IMG/VR virus record: IMGVR_UViG_3300005581_000128
Location: 1-24,517 of that record
Length of the DNA stretch: 24,517 nucleotides
Reading direction: 5' to 3' (one strand)
DNA from: a virus
Lineage: Duplodnaviria; Caudoviricetes
The notes under the pieces are model-generated. The model did no database searches. It was given only the letters and a program-made list of their open reading frames with translations, and was not told the origin of the DNA. Positions 8,147-16,990 of the stretch are shown one piece after another. Position 1 is the first letter of the stretch, and the number at the start of each line of letters is the position of its first letter. The position numbers and the translations under genes were made by a program.

Positions 8147-11100
8147 TAGGCGGCCCGTGCTGACGACGGCGCGGAGGCGGTGCGGCGCACGTCATCGCGG
8201 AGCCGGCTCAATTCGGCCTTCAGGTCGCGCAACTCCATCACAAGAGTCTGTGTTTGTGTGCGGGTCTCGGTCGTGAAGATCGCGCTCGTCAGGCTTTCGG
8301 CCGGCATGGTCGCCACACCTTCCAGCGCCGACACGATCCGGTCGAAGTCCCGCACCGACTGTGCGCCGGACCCGAATTGCGCCCGGGACGCGGTGCGGAA
8401 TGTTTCGGCAACGCGGGTCAGGGATGACAGGGCATTGCCGTCGCCAGATCGGGCGGCACTCACCGTGCGGTTGAATTGCTCGCTGGCCGCCATGTAGCGT
8501 TCGCCACTGGACAGCGGGCTTTCCCCACCGAATTTGATGCCTTGCACGTAGTCCGTGATATTGCGGACGATGCCCGCCGCCGTGCTGGCCGCGCGGTCCG
8601 CTTGCACGGTCGATTGCACCTGCACCGTGTTGATGGCGTCGAGATAGGATTTCGCCGTGGCCAGACGTTCGGCGCCTCGGGTTTCTTCGAGAAGCGCCAT
8701 CTGTTCGCCGTATGCCTGCGTCTCCTTGAACGCCTCGCCATAGATCGAACGCAGTTGCTTGCTGAACGTATCGCGCTGGGCTTCCGTCTCGGCATCGAAA
8801 AGCAGCAGTTGCGCGTCTAGCTGCATCTGGACGTTGCCAGACGTTGCCCCGCGCGCGGCATAAAGCCTGGCGGTCAGACTGCGGTCGATGTTCGTCAGTT
8901 CACGGGTGGCGTTGTCGTTCGCGGCTTTGATGGCCCGATCACGCGCCTCAATCAGATCGAACTCGGCATATCCCAGCTTGTCCGCAGTGACCTTCGCCGC
9001 GTCGAATTGTGTCCGCAGCGCCTCGATGGACGTGGCGAGCGAACCGATGCCGTAGGAAGCCTCGGTCATGGACAGCGCCTTGAGTGCCGGCGCGGTCACG
9101 TCCACGAATTGCAGGATTTCCGTTGCCGCCGCCTGCAAAGCCTCGGCCGTGCCGAAGGATTGCCCGGCCAGGCCTTTTTGCAGCATCGGATTGTCGCTGG
9201 TGAACCGCAGTTCCCCGAACGCCGCATTCAGGTCGCCGGGCCGTCCATCGCCTTGGCCGAAGTTTAACCACTGGCCAGAGTTTCCACCGATCAGGCGCGC
9301 TTGCCCGTAGTTGTCCGACGATACGCCGTTTGCGATGCGAGCGCCGGTTGATGCGAGCAGGCTGTTGAGTGCCGATACCTGCTGTTGGAGCGCGTTGACC
9401 TCGGCCGTGGTGTCAACGATCTGGGAGAACGTCCGGCCAACCGACAGCATACCGTTGTCGGCTGTCAGGCCGGTGGCGGAGAACGGGGTTGCGGGGCGGG
9501 GACCGATCAGGCCGCCGCCAGCGCCGCCTAGGACGCCACCCAACAAGCCGCCGATCAAAGTGCCGATACCGGGGATAATGGAGCCAATAGCCGCGCCCGC
9601 AACGGACCCGGCGCCCGCTCCAATGGTCGGGCCGGGACCTGTCTTGTTGAGCGATGATTGCAGGAACCCGCCTGCAAGGGACCCAGCGCCGAAGCCTAGG
9701 CCAACGCCGCCTAGGAGGCCGCCAAGGGTAACGGGAGACCCGGCCGCTAGGCCAGCCGCCCCGCCAAACTCCGCGCCCGCCGTGGTCGCCAGAGAGCCGG
9801 CAGGGCCGCTCCACAGCGACGTGTTTAGGATGCTGGATATGCCGCCGCCGATCCCATTGAACAGGCCGCCTGACCCTGTGAGGCCGAGGGTGTCGCCGAA
9901 CGCGGAAAGCTGGCCGCCGATATTTGTCAGACCGAACGCGTCTGTGATGCCCGTCAGGGTAGACGCATTCGACAGCCCGCCGAATATGCTGCTCAGCCCA
10001 CCGCCACCCGATCCCGTCGCACCCAACGCAGCCGAAAGCGTCGGCGCCGACGAACCAAGCAACGCATTCCGCGCGGGGTTGATGAACCCCATCTTGACGA
10101 TATCGGTCGCCACGGACGCAAGCGCGGACTTGGCGATGTTGCCAAAGTTGACCGCAGCGCCGGACCCGGAAAGGAATGCGTCGACCAGACCTTGGCCTAG
10201 CCGGTCCGCCGCGTTGCCGATCGTGTCAAATAGCGCGGTGACGGAGGATTGCGCGTGCTGGAACTCGCGGGCGGCATCGGTGGAGCGGAGGTAGCTTTCG
10301 GACAGGCGCGATACCGTCGCCTCATAGTCTTCCATGGCTGGCGTGATGCCCGCCTTGAGCGCGGCGGCGTGCGCCTTCTCTTGCGCTTGGACCCGATCTA
10401 GCGAGCCTTGCGTGCCGTCGTAGGCGGCGGTGATGCGGATTTGCGCTTGCGTGGCTTGGTCGGTTTCCTCGATCGTCTTATTGAGGCTGTCCATGCCCTT
10501 CTGGTAGGCGCTGACCTGTTCCTCGATCGCCTTCGTGGTGGTCTTCACGCCGGCCTTGTGGGTGTCTTCGGTCTTCGTGAGTTTGGCCAAAGCCTCATCA
10601 CGCTCTTTCAGCATCGCCGTGCTGATCTTGAGGTAATCGGCCTCGGTGACGGCGCCGGAATTTCTGGCGGCTTCTAGCTTCTTAACGCCTTCGTCGTATT
10701 CCTTTCGGATCGTGAAGTCTTTGTCGTATTTCTTTTGTAGTTCCTCGACGGATTTGCGGTGTGAGACGGCTTCCGCAGCGAGCCGGCTTTCAGATGCCTT
10801 CGCCTGTTCGGCTTCGTCCGTCAGTGTGGCTTGCTGGTTGATCTGCGCCAGTTCGGCGCGGAATTTCCGCAGTTCCGCCGCCGCATCATCCCGCGTCCGT
10901 TCCAGCATCGCCACGGCTTGCGGGTCGCCACCGGCCGCGCGCGCGTCGTTGATCGCCTGATTGTAGGCATCGACTGTCGCTGCCTGCTGTTCAACGCCCG
11001 CGATCAGTTCCGCTTGCCGTTCGGCGCCCGTAGAGCCGCCCGTAAACCGGCGGATGCGGTCCACGAGATTGGCCGCAACCTTCAACGCCTCTGCGAGCTT

Positions 11101-12186
11101 ATGGCTAAACCCAAGGGCATGGTCGAGATGCGTCAGGAAGGAGGTTGTCGCAACATCAAACTGTTGCTGTGCCCGCGCCATTGTGACGGGCATGTTCGCG
11201 AATACGTCATCCACGCCCTGCGCCGCGCGCATCATGGCGGGGAAGATCGTATCCGCCGTCAGCTTGCCTTCCGAACCCATGGCACGGAGGGCGCCGACCG
11301 ACGTGCCGAGTTCCTTCGCCAGCGCTTGGGCGAACATCGGCATATTTTCAAGGATGGATCGGAGTTCGTCGCCTTGCAGGACGCCAGATGCCAGGGCTTG
11401 GCCTAGCTGTTGCGTCGTCGCAGCGGTTTCCTGCATCGACGCGCCGGAAACAATGGCGAATTTCTGTAAGCCATCGACCAGCTTTAAGACCTGATCGTTG
11501 GTGGCGCCTACATCCTTCGCGGCAATCGAGAACCGCTGGAATGCGCCCGCGCTGTCTGTCGCCGCGATGCCGGTTTGGCGGGATGATGCGGTCAGTGCCT
11601 CGAAAATCGAGGCGCCCTGTTCGGAACTGCCGACCGTTGCGGACAGGCGGGCAATGGCCGCGTTGGCAGCGTCGCCTGTTGTGGCAATCGCCTTCATGGC
11701 GACGGCCATGCCGGTTGCGGCCGCAGCACCAGCAACGACAAGCGGATTTACGCCAGCGAGGCGCCCGCCCAGGCTTTGGAACACGCCGCCGGTTTCGGCG
11801 GTCTGTGTGGCAAGCGAACGGGATGCCGTCTCGGCCTGCCGCATACCGGCGGTCTGTGCGGCCTGCGCTGCGGTGATGCGAGCTTGTGCCGCCGCCATGA
11901 GGGTTGCGGCCCGTGCGGCATTCTCACCGCCGCGCTGCACGATCGTATTGAGGCGGTCATAGTCCCGCGTTGCGTCACGGACCGCCTGCGACAGCGGGTC
12001 GTAACGGCGCGACAGAGCATCCAGAGACCGCGCCTGGCGGCCCATGCTCTCGACTTGCTTGAGGGTGGCGGCTTCGATCTTGCCGCTGTCGCCGATGACC
12101 TTATCAGCGGCCCGGCGGAACTCGTCAGCGCCTTGTTGCGCCTTCCGAGCGTCAATCGACAGTGCGAGGGATTGGCTATCGCTCAC
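8146..12186 (-). CDS. Tail tape measure protein (1346 aa)
   Basis: Longest ORF, Ala-rich and helical, directly after the chaperone pair (GTGA overlap); tape-measure motif QLGQALASGVLQGDELRSILENMP; Gly-rich hydrophobic middle segment. Confidence 0.95.
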   Translation of the reverse strand: MSDSQSLALSIDARKAQQGADEFRRAADKVIGDSGKIEAATLKQVESMGRQARSLDALSRRYDPLSQAVRDATRDYDRLNTIVQRGGENAARAATLMAAAQARITAAQAAQTAGMRQAETASRSLATQTAETGGVFQSLGGRLAGVNPLVVAGAAAATGMAVAMKAIATTGDAANAAIARLSATVGSSEQGASIFEALTASSRQTGIAATDSAGAFQRFSIAAKDVGATNDQVLKLVDGLQKFAIVSGASMQETAATTQQLGQALASGVLQGDELRSILENMPMFAQALAKELGTSVGALRAMGSEGKLTADTIFPAMMRAAQGVDDVFANMPVTMARAQQQFDVATTSFLTHLDHALGFSHKLAEALKVAANLVDRIRRFTGGSTGAERQAELIAGVEQQAATVDAYNQAINDARAAGGDPQAVAMLERTRDDAAAELRKFRAELAQINQQATLTDEAEQAKASESRLAAEAVSHRKSVEELQKKYDKDFTIRKEYDEGVKKLEAARNSGAVTEADYLKISTAMLKERDEALAKLTKTEDTHKAGVKTTTKAIEEQVSAYQKGMDSLNKTIEETDQATQAQIRITAAYDGTQGSLDRVQAQEKAHAAALKAGITPAMEDYEATVSRLSESYLRSTDAAREFQHAQSSVTALFDTIGNAADRLGQGLVDAFLSGSGAAVNFGNIAKSALASVATDIVKMGFINPARNALLGSSAPTLSAALGATGSGGGGLSSIFGGLSNASTLTGITDAFGLTNIGGQLSAFGDTLGLTGSGGLFNGIGGGISSILNTSLWSGPAGSLATTAGAEFGGAAGLAAGSPVTLGGLLGGVGLGFGAGSLAGGFLQSSLNKTGPGPTIGAGAGSVAGAAIGSIIPGIGTLIGGLLGGVLGGAGGGLIGPRPATPFSATGLTADNGMLSVGRTFSQIVDTTAEVNALQQQVSALNSLLASTGARIANGVSSDNYGQARLIGGNSGQWLNFGQGDGRPGDLNAAFGELRFTSDNPMLQKGLAGQSFGTAEALQAAATEILQFVDVTAPALKALSMTEASYGIGSLATSIEALRTQFDAAKVTADKLGYAEFDLIEARDRAIKAANDNATRELTNIDRSLTARLYAARGATSGNVQMQLDAQLLLFDAETEAQRDTFSKQLRSIYGEAFKETQAYGEQMALLEETRGAERLATAKSYLDAINTVQVQSTVQADRAASTAAGIVRNITDYVQGIKFGGESPLSSGERYMAASEQFNRTVSAARSGDGNALSSLTRVAETFRTASRAQFGSGAQSVRDFDRIVSALEGVATMPAESLTSAIFTTETRTQTQTLVMELRDLKAELSRLRDDVRRTASAPSSARAA

Positions 12187-12455
12187 CGCTTCCTGCCCTT
12201 CCCGCGCTTTGACGTTTCACGATTGGCCCAGCGCATGATGTCGCGCGCGGCCTGTTCAGGATTTGCCGGAGGAGGCTCATCCTTGTCATCTGAACCCCAC
12301 GGGTTCGTCTTCTTTACGAAATCAATCTTGCCGGCAATCGCCAGATGCAGATGGCCAAGGTTCGCATTCAGGACGACATCGGGGGGCCAACCGAGCCACC
12401 CCATTGCCGTCTGCGCCAACTCGGCCGCCCATTCATCCAGCGTTAGGCGTTTCCC
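12183..12455 (-). CDS. Tail assembly chaperone, frameshifted C-terminal part (lambda gpT analogue)
   Basis: The -1 frame is open from the slippery site: GGG AAA CGC CTA ACG CTG GAT GAA TGG GCG GCC GAG TTG GCG CAG = (GK)RLTLDEWAAELAQTAMGWLGWPPDVV..., joining track ORF 12183..12419. Confidence 0.85.
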   Translation of the reverse strand, partial: GKRLTLDEWAAELAQTAMGWLGWPPDVVLNANLGHLHLAIAGKIDFVKKTNPWGSDDKDEPPPANPEQAARDIMRWANRETSKRGKGRKR

Positions 12456-12796
12456 TCGCTGGCCTCAGCCGCCGGTTCATCGGGGGTTTCCGGGGGCATC
12501 TTGCCGCCGTTCATGAGGCACCGGATGTAGTCGAGAACGGGCATCAGGGTCGTATCGTTCAGGCCGGCGCGGAACAGCTTGGCGGACAGCGCGTTGTTGT
12601 CCTTGTCGGGAATGGACGCGCCTACCTTGATGATTTCCGCGATGCCGTCGAAGTCCTGATTGATTACCTTCTGGAACGTGTTTCGAAGCCCACCATGGAG
12701 GCGGGACAGCGTGCGGATGGCGTTCAGAGTCGGGCGCAGGGTGTAGGCATCGTCGCCAAGCGTGATGACGACTTCGCCATCGTTCAGGTTTGCCAT
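12443..12796 (-). CDS. Tail assembly chaperone (lambda gpG analogue, GTA gp10-like) (117 aa)
   Basis: VVITLGDDAYTLRPTLNAIRTL N-terminus, acidic Pro-rich tail, position after the tube genes, AAGGAA RBS at 12804-12809. Confidence 0.88.
   Translation of the reverse strand: MANLNDGEVVITLGDDAYTLRPTLNAIRTLSRLHGGLRNTFQKVINQDFDGIAEIIKVGASIPDKDNNALSAKLFRAGLNDTTLMPVLDYIRCLMNGGKMPPETPDEPAAEASEGNA
12449..12455 (-). other. Programmed -1 ribosomal frameshift slippery heptamer G GGA AAC
   Basis: Minus strand reads GAG GGA AAC GCC TAA: an X XXY YYZ heptamer in the correct phase, just before the chaperone stop, at the conserved lambda G/GT position between tube and tape measure genes. Confidence 0.9.
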
Positions 12797-12882
12797 GTCG
12801 GGGTTCCTTGTGTCGGGGTGTCGGGAGGTGGCGAGACGGCGCCCCGACAGCGCCGCCTCGCCTTGCAGTCCGGCCGGACTAC
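12796..12882 (-). promoter_or_regulatory. Structured intergenic leader: 14-bp palindrome, 13-bp hairpin with TGTCGGG loop, three CCCGACA repeats (candidate pseudoknot)
   Basis: Palindrome AGTCCGGCCGGACT 12867-12880; stem arms 12850-12862 and 12830-12842 (one G-U on the mRNA); loop 12843-12849; loop complements at 12819-12825, 12811-12817 and 12796-12802. Confidence 0.7.
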
Positions 12883-13355
12883 GAGGCGCCGGTAAAGATC
12901 GGCGTGTTGATTTCCAGGATGATCGTTGCGCGGATCACCTGATTGACGGCCCCGAGCGTGGTCCGAAACGACATGACCTTCGCGCCGAAGTAGACCGTAT
13001 CGTAGGAGGCATCAGCGCCCAAGATTGTGATCTTGAAGGGGTAGGTGTCCTGATTGCCCGCCACGTAGGACTTGAGCAGAGCTTGCCCTGTGTCGGTCAG
13101 GTCCTGGCCGATGGTGATCTGGAACTGGCCGTCGTTGTTGCCGCCGCGCAGCTTGTAGGTCCGGCCATCCACCACGGGCTGAAACGGGACCGTATCGTAG
13201 ACCCGGCCGTATTCGCCCATGCTTTCGATCAGGCCGATTTCGGTTGCGATGGTCAGACCTTGGAAGTCGCCGATCGCATCGGCAGCGGCCTCGATGTTGG
13301 TTAAAGCGGTAGCCGACGTATAAAGTCGGGAACCCAATACGCCGGTTACAGCCAT
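12879..13355 (-). CDS. Major tail tube protein, short paralogue (158 aa)
   Basis: TEIGLIESMGEYGRVYDTVPFQPVVDGRTYKLRGGNNDGQFQITIGQDLTDTGQALL is a siphovirus tube-type signature; directly precedes the chaperone. Confidence 0.88.
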   Translation of the reverse strand: MAVTGVLGSRLYTSATALTNIEAAADAIGDFQGLTIATEIGLIESMGEYGRVYDTVPFQPVVDGRTYKLRGGNNDGQFQITIGQDLTDTGQALLKSYVAGNQDTYPFKITILGADASYDTVYFGAKVMSFRTTLGAVNQVIRATIILEINTPIFTGAS

Positions 13356-13379
13356 GGCAGTGATCCTTCAGTGTGAGGG

Positions 13380-14504
13380 TTAGTCTTGACGGAGGTAGAG
13401 GTAATCAACCGTCATCGTCCGGCTCGACGTGGTGCGAGCCGATGCCGCCAGCGTGGGGTAAAGCGTCACCCCGGTTGCCGCCGCCGTCGTCATCTGCGAA
13501 CCGGCAATCACGCCGTTGATGTAGAACGTAGCATCCCCGCTGGTGTTCGTTTCGATGCGGAGGGTGATGTATGTGTTGGCAACCGGCGCAATGGCGCTGT
13601 TCTGCGCGGTTTCGTCCGAATTGTTGTTGACGCCGGTCAGCCAGATGTTGTCGGTGGCCATGCTCGTATCGAACATGAACCCGATGGCGTCCGTGGCGTT
13701 GGTCGTGATCGTGTCCGCCGATGCCGCGCTTTCAATCGGGATTTCCAGCGCGGCTTTCTGGTCCGTCCAGCCGAAGAACATTGAAACGGTGGTGATAGCG
13801 GACAGTTTCAACCGCGCCTCAAGCACCTTCGCGCCGGCCGCGAGCGTGTAGCCCGTGTCGCCGATCGCCTGCGTTCCGTCCGCCGCAAAGCCGGTGCCGG
13901 CGTCGCCTGTCACCATGACCAGGGTGTTCGAGGAAATGACCGGATCGACTGCCAGGTCATCCGAACCGGAGAACAGTTCGTAATGCGTCAGCGAGGCGCC
14001 GGTATCGAACGTGTCATACAGTTCGGCCGGGTCCACCGTCACGATCGGGCTGTTGATTTCCAGCATGGACGTTGCCGAGAACACGGCATTGACCGCGCCA
14101 AGGGTGGAGCGGAACGACATGGGCAGGGCGCGGAAGAAGACCGTCGAGGGGCCGCCGACCGAGGATGGCGCGTCGTTGAACTCGATGCGAAAGCCCCAAT
14201 TGTCCTGCGTCGCGGCGTTCGCGGCGTTGTAGAGCAATTCCTGGCCATCGTCGGACAGGTCTTGCCCGACCGTGAGCGTCATCTGGCCGTCGTTGTGGCC
14301 GCCCTTCAGCTTGAACGTGCGGCCATCGTAGACCTGCTGGAAGGTGACCAGATCATAGACCCGGCCATATTCGCCGAACTGCGTGATTAGACCCACCTCG
14401 GTCCAACTCTGCGCCGAAAATTCGCGCTCCGTGTCAATGGTGGACGCGATCGCCGCATCCGAAATGAACAGCCGCGTGCCAAGCACGCCTTGAGGGGATG
14501 CCAT
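13380..14504 (-). CDS. Tail tube protein paralogue with C-terminal ConA/GH16-like lectin domain (374 aa)
   Basis: The first ~157 aa align end to end with 12879..13355; the remainder has LEARLKL, TLRIET...ATFYINGV and terminal VDYLYLRQ, typical of ConA-like folds. Confidence 0.85.
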   Translation of the reverse strand: MASPQGVLGTRLFISDAAIASTIDTEREFSAQSWTEVGLITQFGEYGRVYDLVTFQQVYDGRTFKLKGGHNDGQMTLTVGQDLSDDGQELLYNAANAATQDNWGFRIEFNDAPSSVGGPSTVFFRALPMSFRSTLGAVNAVFSATSMLEINSPIVTVDPAELYDTFDTGASLTHYELFSGSDDLAVDPVISSNTLVMVTGDAGTGFAADGTQAIGDTGYTLAAGAKVLEARLKLSAITTVSMFFGWTDQKAALEIPIESAASADTITTNATDAIGFMFDTSMATDNIWLTGVNNNSDETAQNSAIAPVANTYITLRIETNTSGDATFYINGVIAGSQMTTAAATGVTLYPTLAASARTTSSRTMTVDYLYLRQD

Positions 14505-14510
14505 GTCGAT

Positions 14511-14963
14511 TTACCTTGCGCCAGTCACGATGAAAGGAACGCTACCGGAAACCCGGTAGTAGACGCCGCCGGGTTGCGCGCCGGGGATGTTCACGTCGGC
14601 TGCCTCGGCCGGGGAAGGTGGGTTGCCGCCTTCGAGATAGATGGACGTGGATACGAGTTGCAGTTCCAGCGCCGCCGTCATCGTATGGACAAGGCCGGTT
14701 GCGGTTGTGCGGCCCGATCCGAGCGGCACGAACGCGGAGAAGTAGACGATCCCGCCTTCAACCGACGAACGCTTGCCGGTCGATCCGAAGATGCCCTTGT
14801 CGGCGTAGGTCCCTTCAATCGAGACGTAGACGAATGCCGTTTCCAGGCCGTCCGGCTGGTATCTCTCGTTTTCCCAGACCAGTTGCGTTGACGCATAGGC
14901 GCCGGCTGCCCATTGCGTCTCAATGTGCGAGCGCAAGGCGGTCTCTACGGCAGCCCAGAGCAT
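14511..14963 (-). CDS. Tail terminator-like protein (150 aa; start revised to ATG 14963)
   Basis: TAATG coupling at 14963 gives MLWAAVETALRSHIETQW...LVWENERYQP...FVYVSIEG...GIVYFSAFVPLGSG; position just before the tube genes. Confidence 0.8.
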   Translation of the reverse strand: MLWAAVETALRSHIETQWAAGAYASTQLVWENERYQPDGLETAFVYVSIEGTYADKGIFGSTGKRSSVEGGIVYFSAFVPLGSGRTTATGLVHTMTAALELQLVSTSIYLEGGNPPSPAEAADVNIPGAQPGGVYYRVSGSVPFIVTGAR

Positions 14964-15595
14964 TACAGCGCCTCGATGACCAGTGCGGGGTAGGTGAGCG
15001 GTTGACCGGAGCGGGGCGGTTTCTTGAGGCGATATCCGGGCGAAAGCGAAATGAACTGGATGCCGACGTAGACGATGCGGCGATACCTTTTGAGGACCAG
15101 TTGCCGGACCTTTTCGAGAATGCCGGCCGGAACCTCGAAGCCCTTGGCGCCGGTATGAACCTTGCGCGCGTAGGGCAGGGGATTGACAATCGTCACGGTG
15201 GTTGCGCCGTCGAGTTGGTCCAGGCCGATGTTGCCGTTTGCCATGGTGCCGGGCCTTCCGACACGCGACGCCACGGCCAGCGATATGATCCGCCACGCCT
15301 TGCGATAGGCGCCGCTGCGAACCGGGGAAAGTCTCTCCAATTCCCTGAGCGCGAAGCTGACAACTTCCCGCATTCGGCCAAAGCGGTAGACGATCAGCCC
15401 GAACGGCTTGACCTCGCTTTCGGACCGCGCGGGCCGGGTATCAACCTCGATGTCCACCATCGGGCGGACGGACTGCCGCGCCATGAACTGCGACAACGCC
15501 GTCTTGGCAGTTTGGATGTGAAACGCTTTGACCGCTTCCGGTCCCGCCATCTGGTCTACGCGGAGGCGGATATACGTGTCAAACGGCGATGCCAC
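14963..15595 (-). CDS. HK97 gp10-like neck/tail-completion protein (210 aa)
   Basis: LSPVRSGAYRKAW and IVNPLPYARKVHTG motifs, basic composition, GTG start overlapping the upstream TAG. Confidence 0.78.
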   Translation of the reverse strand: MASPFDTYIRLRVDQMAGPEAVKAFHIQTAKTALSQFMARQSVRPMVDIEVDTRPARSESEVKPFGLIVYRFGRMREVVSFALRELERLSPVRSGAYRKAWRIISLAVASRVGRPGTMANGNIGLDQLDGATTVTIVNPLPYARKVHTGAKGFEVPAGILEKVRQLVLKRYRRIVYVGIQFISLSPGYRLKKPPRSGQPLTYPALVIEAL

Positions 15596-15972
15596 TAGCC
15601 GCGCACCTGCACATTGATCCGGTGCAGTTCCCCGTTGATGTAGATCGGATCGGCAAAGACAACCCCACGGGACCGGCCCTCAATGATAATGCGGTCGCCA
15701 GCACGCGGCACCCGAGGATCATTGACAGCCGGCGGGTTCGTTACAGGCTCGCCACCCGGCCATTGCGCGCGGTTGATATCGGTCGCGGAGATGATAACGT
15801 GGGTATCGCCTTGGATGATCCCGCCGGCCAGTTCCTTGGGCTGGTAGCCTCGGACAAGAGCGCGGCAGGGGCAGTCTACGGAGACTTGGTTCGTTGTGCC
15901 GGTGATGCGGCGTAGGATTACGTCCTGGCCGAATGAGGCGAGCATGGCGTCTAGGTCGGATTGGAAGGTCAC
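15595..15972 (-). CDS. Head-closure (stopper)/head-tail joining protein (125 aa; start revised to GTG 15972)
   Basis: GTGA overlap at 15969-15972; FGQDVILRR...ALVRGYQPKELAGGIIQGD...PRAGDRIII...QVRG. Confidence 0.78.
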   Translation of the reverse strand: MTFQSDLDAMLASFGQDVILRRITGTTNQVSVDCPCRALVRGYQPKELAGGIIQGDTHVIISATDINRAQWPGGEPVTNPPAVNDPRVPRAGDRIIIEGRSRGVVFADPIYINGELHRINVQVRG

Positions 15973-16358
15973 GTCACATGGACCCGAACCGCCAGCGCCC
16001 CGCTTGCCCATGTGCCTGTTGACGTAATAACTGCCCGCAATTCCGTTCCAAGCCAATTCAGGACCGAGTTAGCGGACAGCGTGGCGAATGCGGCGGGTGT
16101 GGCTGCTGTAGATACGACCGTGCATGACTTCGAGCCGGCCGCCGCAAAATCGATGCTCGCAATCTCCCGCCAGGCCCCAGCGGAACCCATGCGGGACTGG
16201 ATCAGCGCAACCGCCGTCGATCCGCCCGTGCCTGAGAACGTCGCCTCGAACGTGGCGCGGGTCATGCCGTCCAGGTTGTCGATCGCGGTTTGTGCCTGTG
16301 CCGTCACTGCCGTGGTGACGGTTTCGGATACCAGGGTGTAAAGACCGGGGATGGCCAT
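15969..16358 (-). CDS. Small beta-rich (jelly-roll-like) putative virion decoration/spike-base protein (129 aa; start revised to ATG 16358)
   Basis: TGATG coupling; MAIPGLYTLVSETVT...ATFEATFSGTGG...IQSRMGSAGAWREIA...LRAVITSTGTW. Lies between adaptor and stopper. Confidence 0.65.
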   Translation of the reverse strand: MAIPGLYTLVSETVTTAVTAQAQTAIDNLDGMTRATFEATFSGTGGSTAVALIQSRMGSAGAWREIASIDFAAAGSKSCTVVSTAATPAAFATLSANSVLNWLGTELRAVITSTGTWASGALAVRVHVT

Positions 16359-16990
16359 CAGCGAAGCTCCCGAAAGGGGAAAAGCAGTTCCCGGATTTCC
16401 TCGGACATGAGCGGGTCCGATGCGCCGCCGACCCACCATTCCCGCCGGCCGACGCCTTCGATGTCGACGCTTTTCAGGTTTGGGTCAGACCTCGCGCCCG
16501 GCCCATCCTCGGACCAGACCATGCGGAGCAGCTTAGACGCGCCCATGGCCAGGGCATCGGGAACCGTCGCATAGCCGGCGACATAGCCAACCGTGATCTT
16601 CTTGCCGGCCCATTTCATCCTGGCATCGTCGGACAGGGCGAACAGCAGGTTGCTCGACGCGTCCAGTTCGTATTCGTCCGTGTCCAGCGTCACTCCATCG
16701 GATACCACCGACAAGACGGACGTTGCGGGGCGCCTGGACAGCTTCAAGGATGGTTCCGCACGGAAGGGCCGGAACACCTCGGAAAGCGTCTCCTGGCGAA
16801 ACGTAGGCGGCGTGGCCGGCGCAACGGAGAGTTGGAGGCAATCCCGCGCCATCGCATCCGCGACCATAGCGCCGAACCCAACTAGGGCCGCGTCCTGCGA
16901 TGCGTCACTCGGATCGAGGCCGATCGCCGCGCGCATCTGCGCCGTCGTCAACAGCGAGCGGTCGGACGCAGCCGTGACGATCGTCAGCAT
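16358..16990 (-). CDS. Head-tail adaptor/connector (HK97 gp6 / phiE125 gp8-like) (210 aa; start revised to ATG 16990)
   Basis: TGATG coupling; LLTTAQMRAAIGLD...QDAAL, LKLSRRPATSVLSV, ITVGYVAGYATVPDALAMG, ELLFPFR. Confidence 0.85.
   Translation of the reverse strand: MLTIVTAASDRSLLTTAQMRAAIGLDPSDASQDAALVGFGAMVADAMARDCLQLSVAPATPPTFRQETLSEVFRPFRAEPSLKLSRRPATSVLSVVSDGVTLDTDEYELDASSNLLFALSDDARMKWAGKKITVGYVAGYATVPDALAMGASKLLRMVWSEDGPGARSDPNLKSVDIEGVGRREWWVGGASDPLMSEEIRELLFPFRELR

Noticed and set aside
9311-10294. 327-aa Pro-rich plus-strand ORF, and other plus-strand ORFs such as 781..1632, 14618..15598, 17300..18307 and 22253..23215
   Set aside because: All lie antisense to well-supported minus-strand genes in GC-rich DNA and have no recognisable motifs.
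12796-12862. Mini-CRISPR or intrinsic terminator
   Set aside because: Repeats are only 7-8 nt with no spacers of CRISPR size, and the hairpin lacks a U-tract.
13355-13382. Possible read-through fusion of the two tube genes (also a 24-nt in-frame spacer)
   Set aside because: A second in-frame stop (TGA) lies in the spacer.
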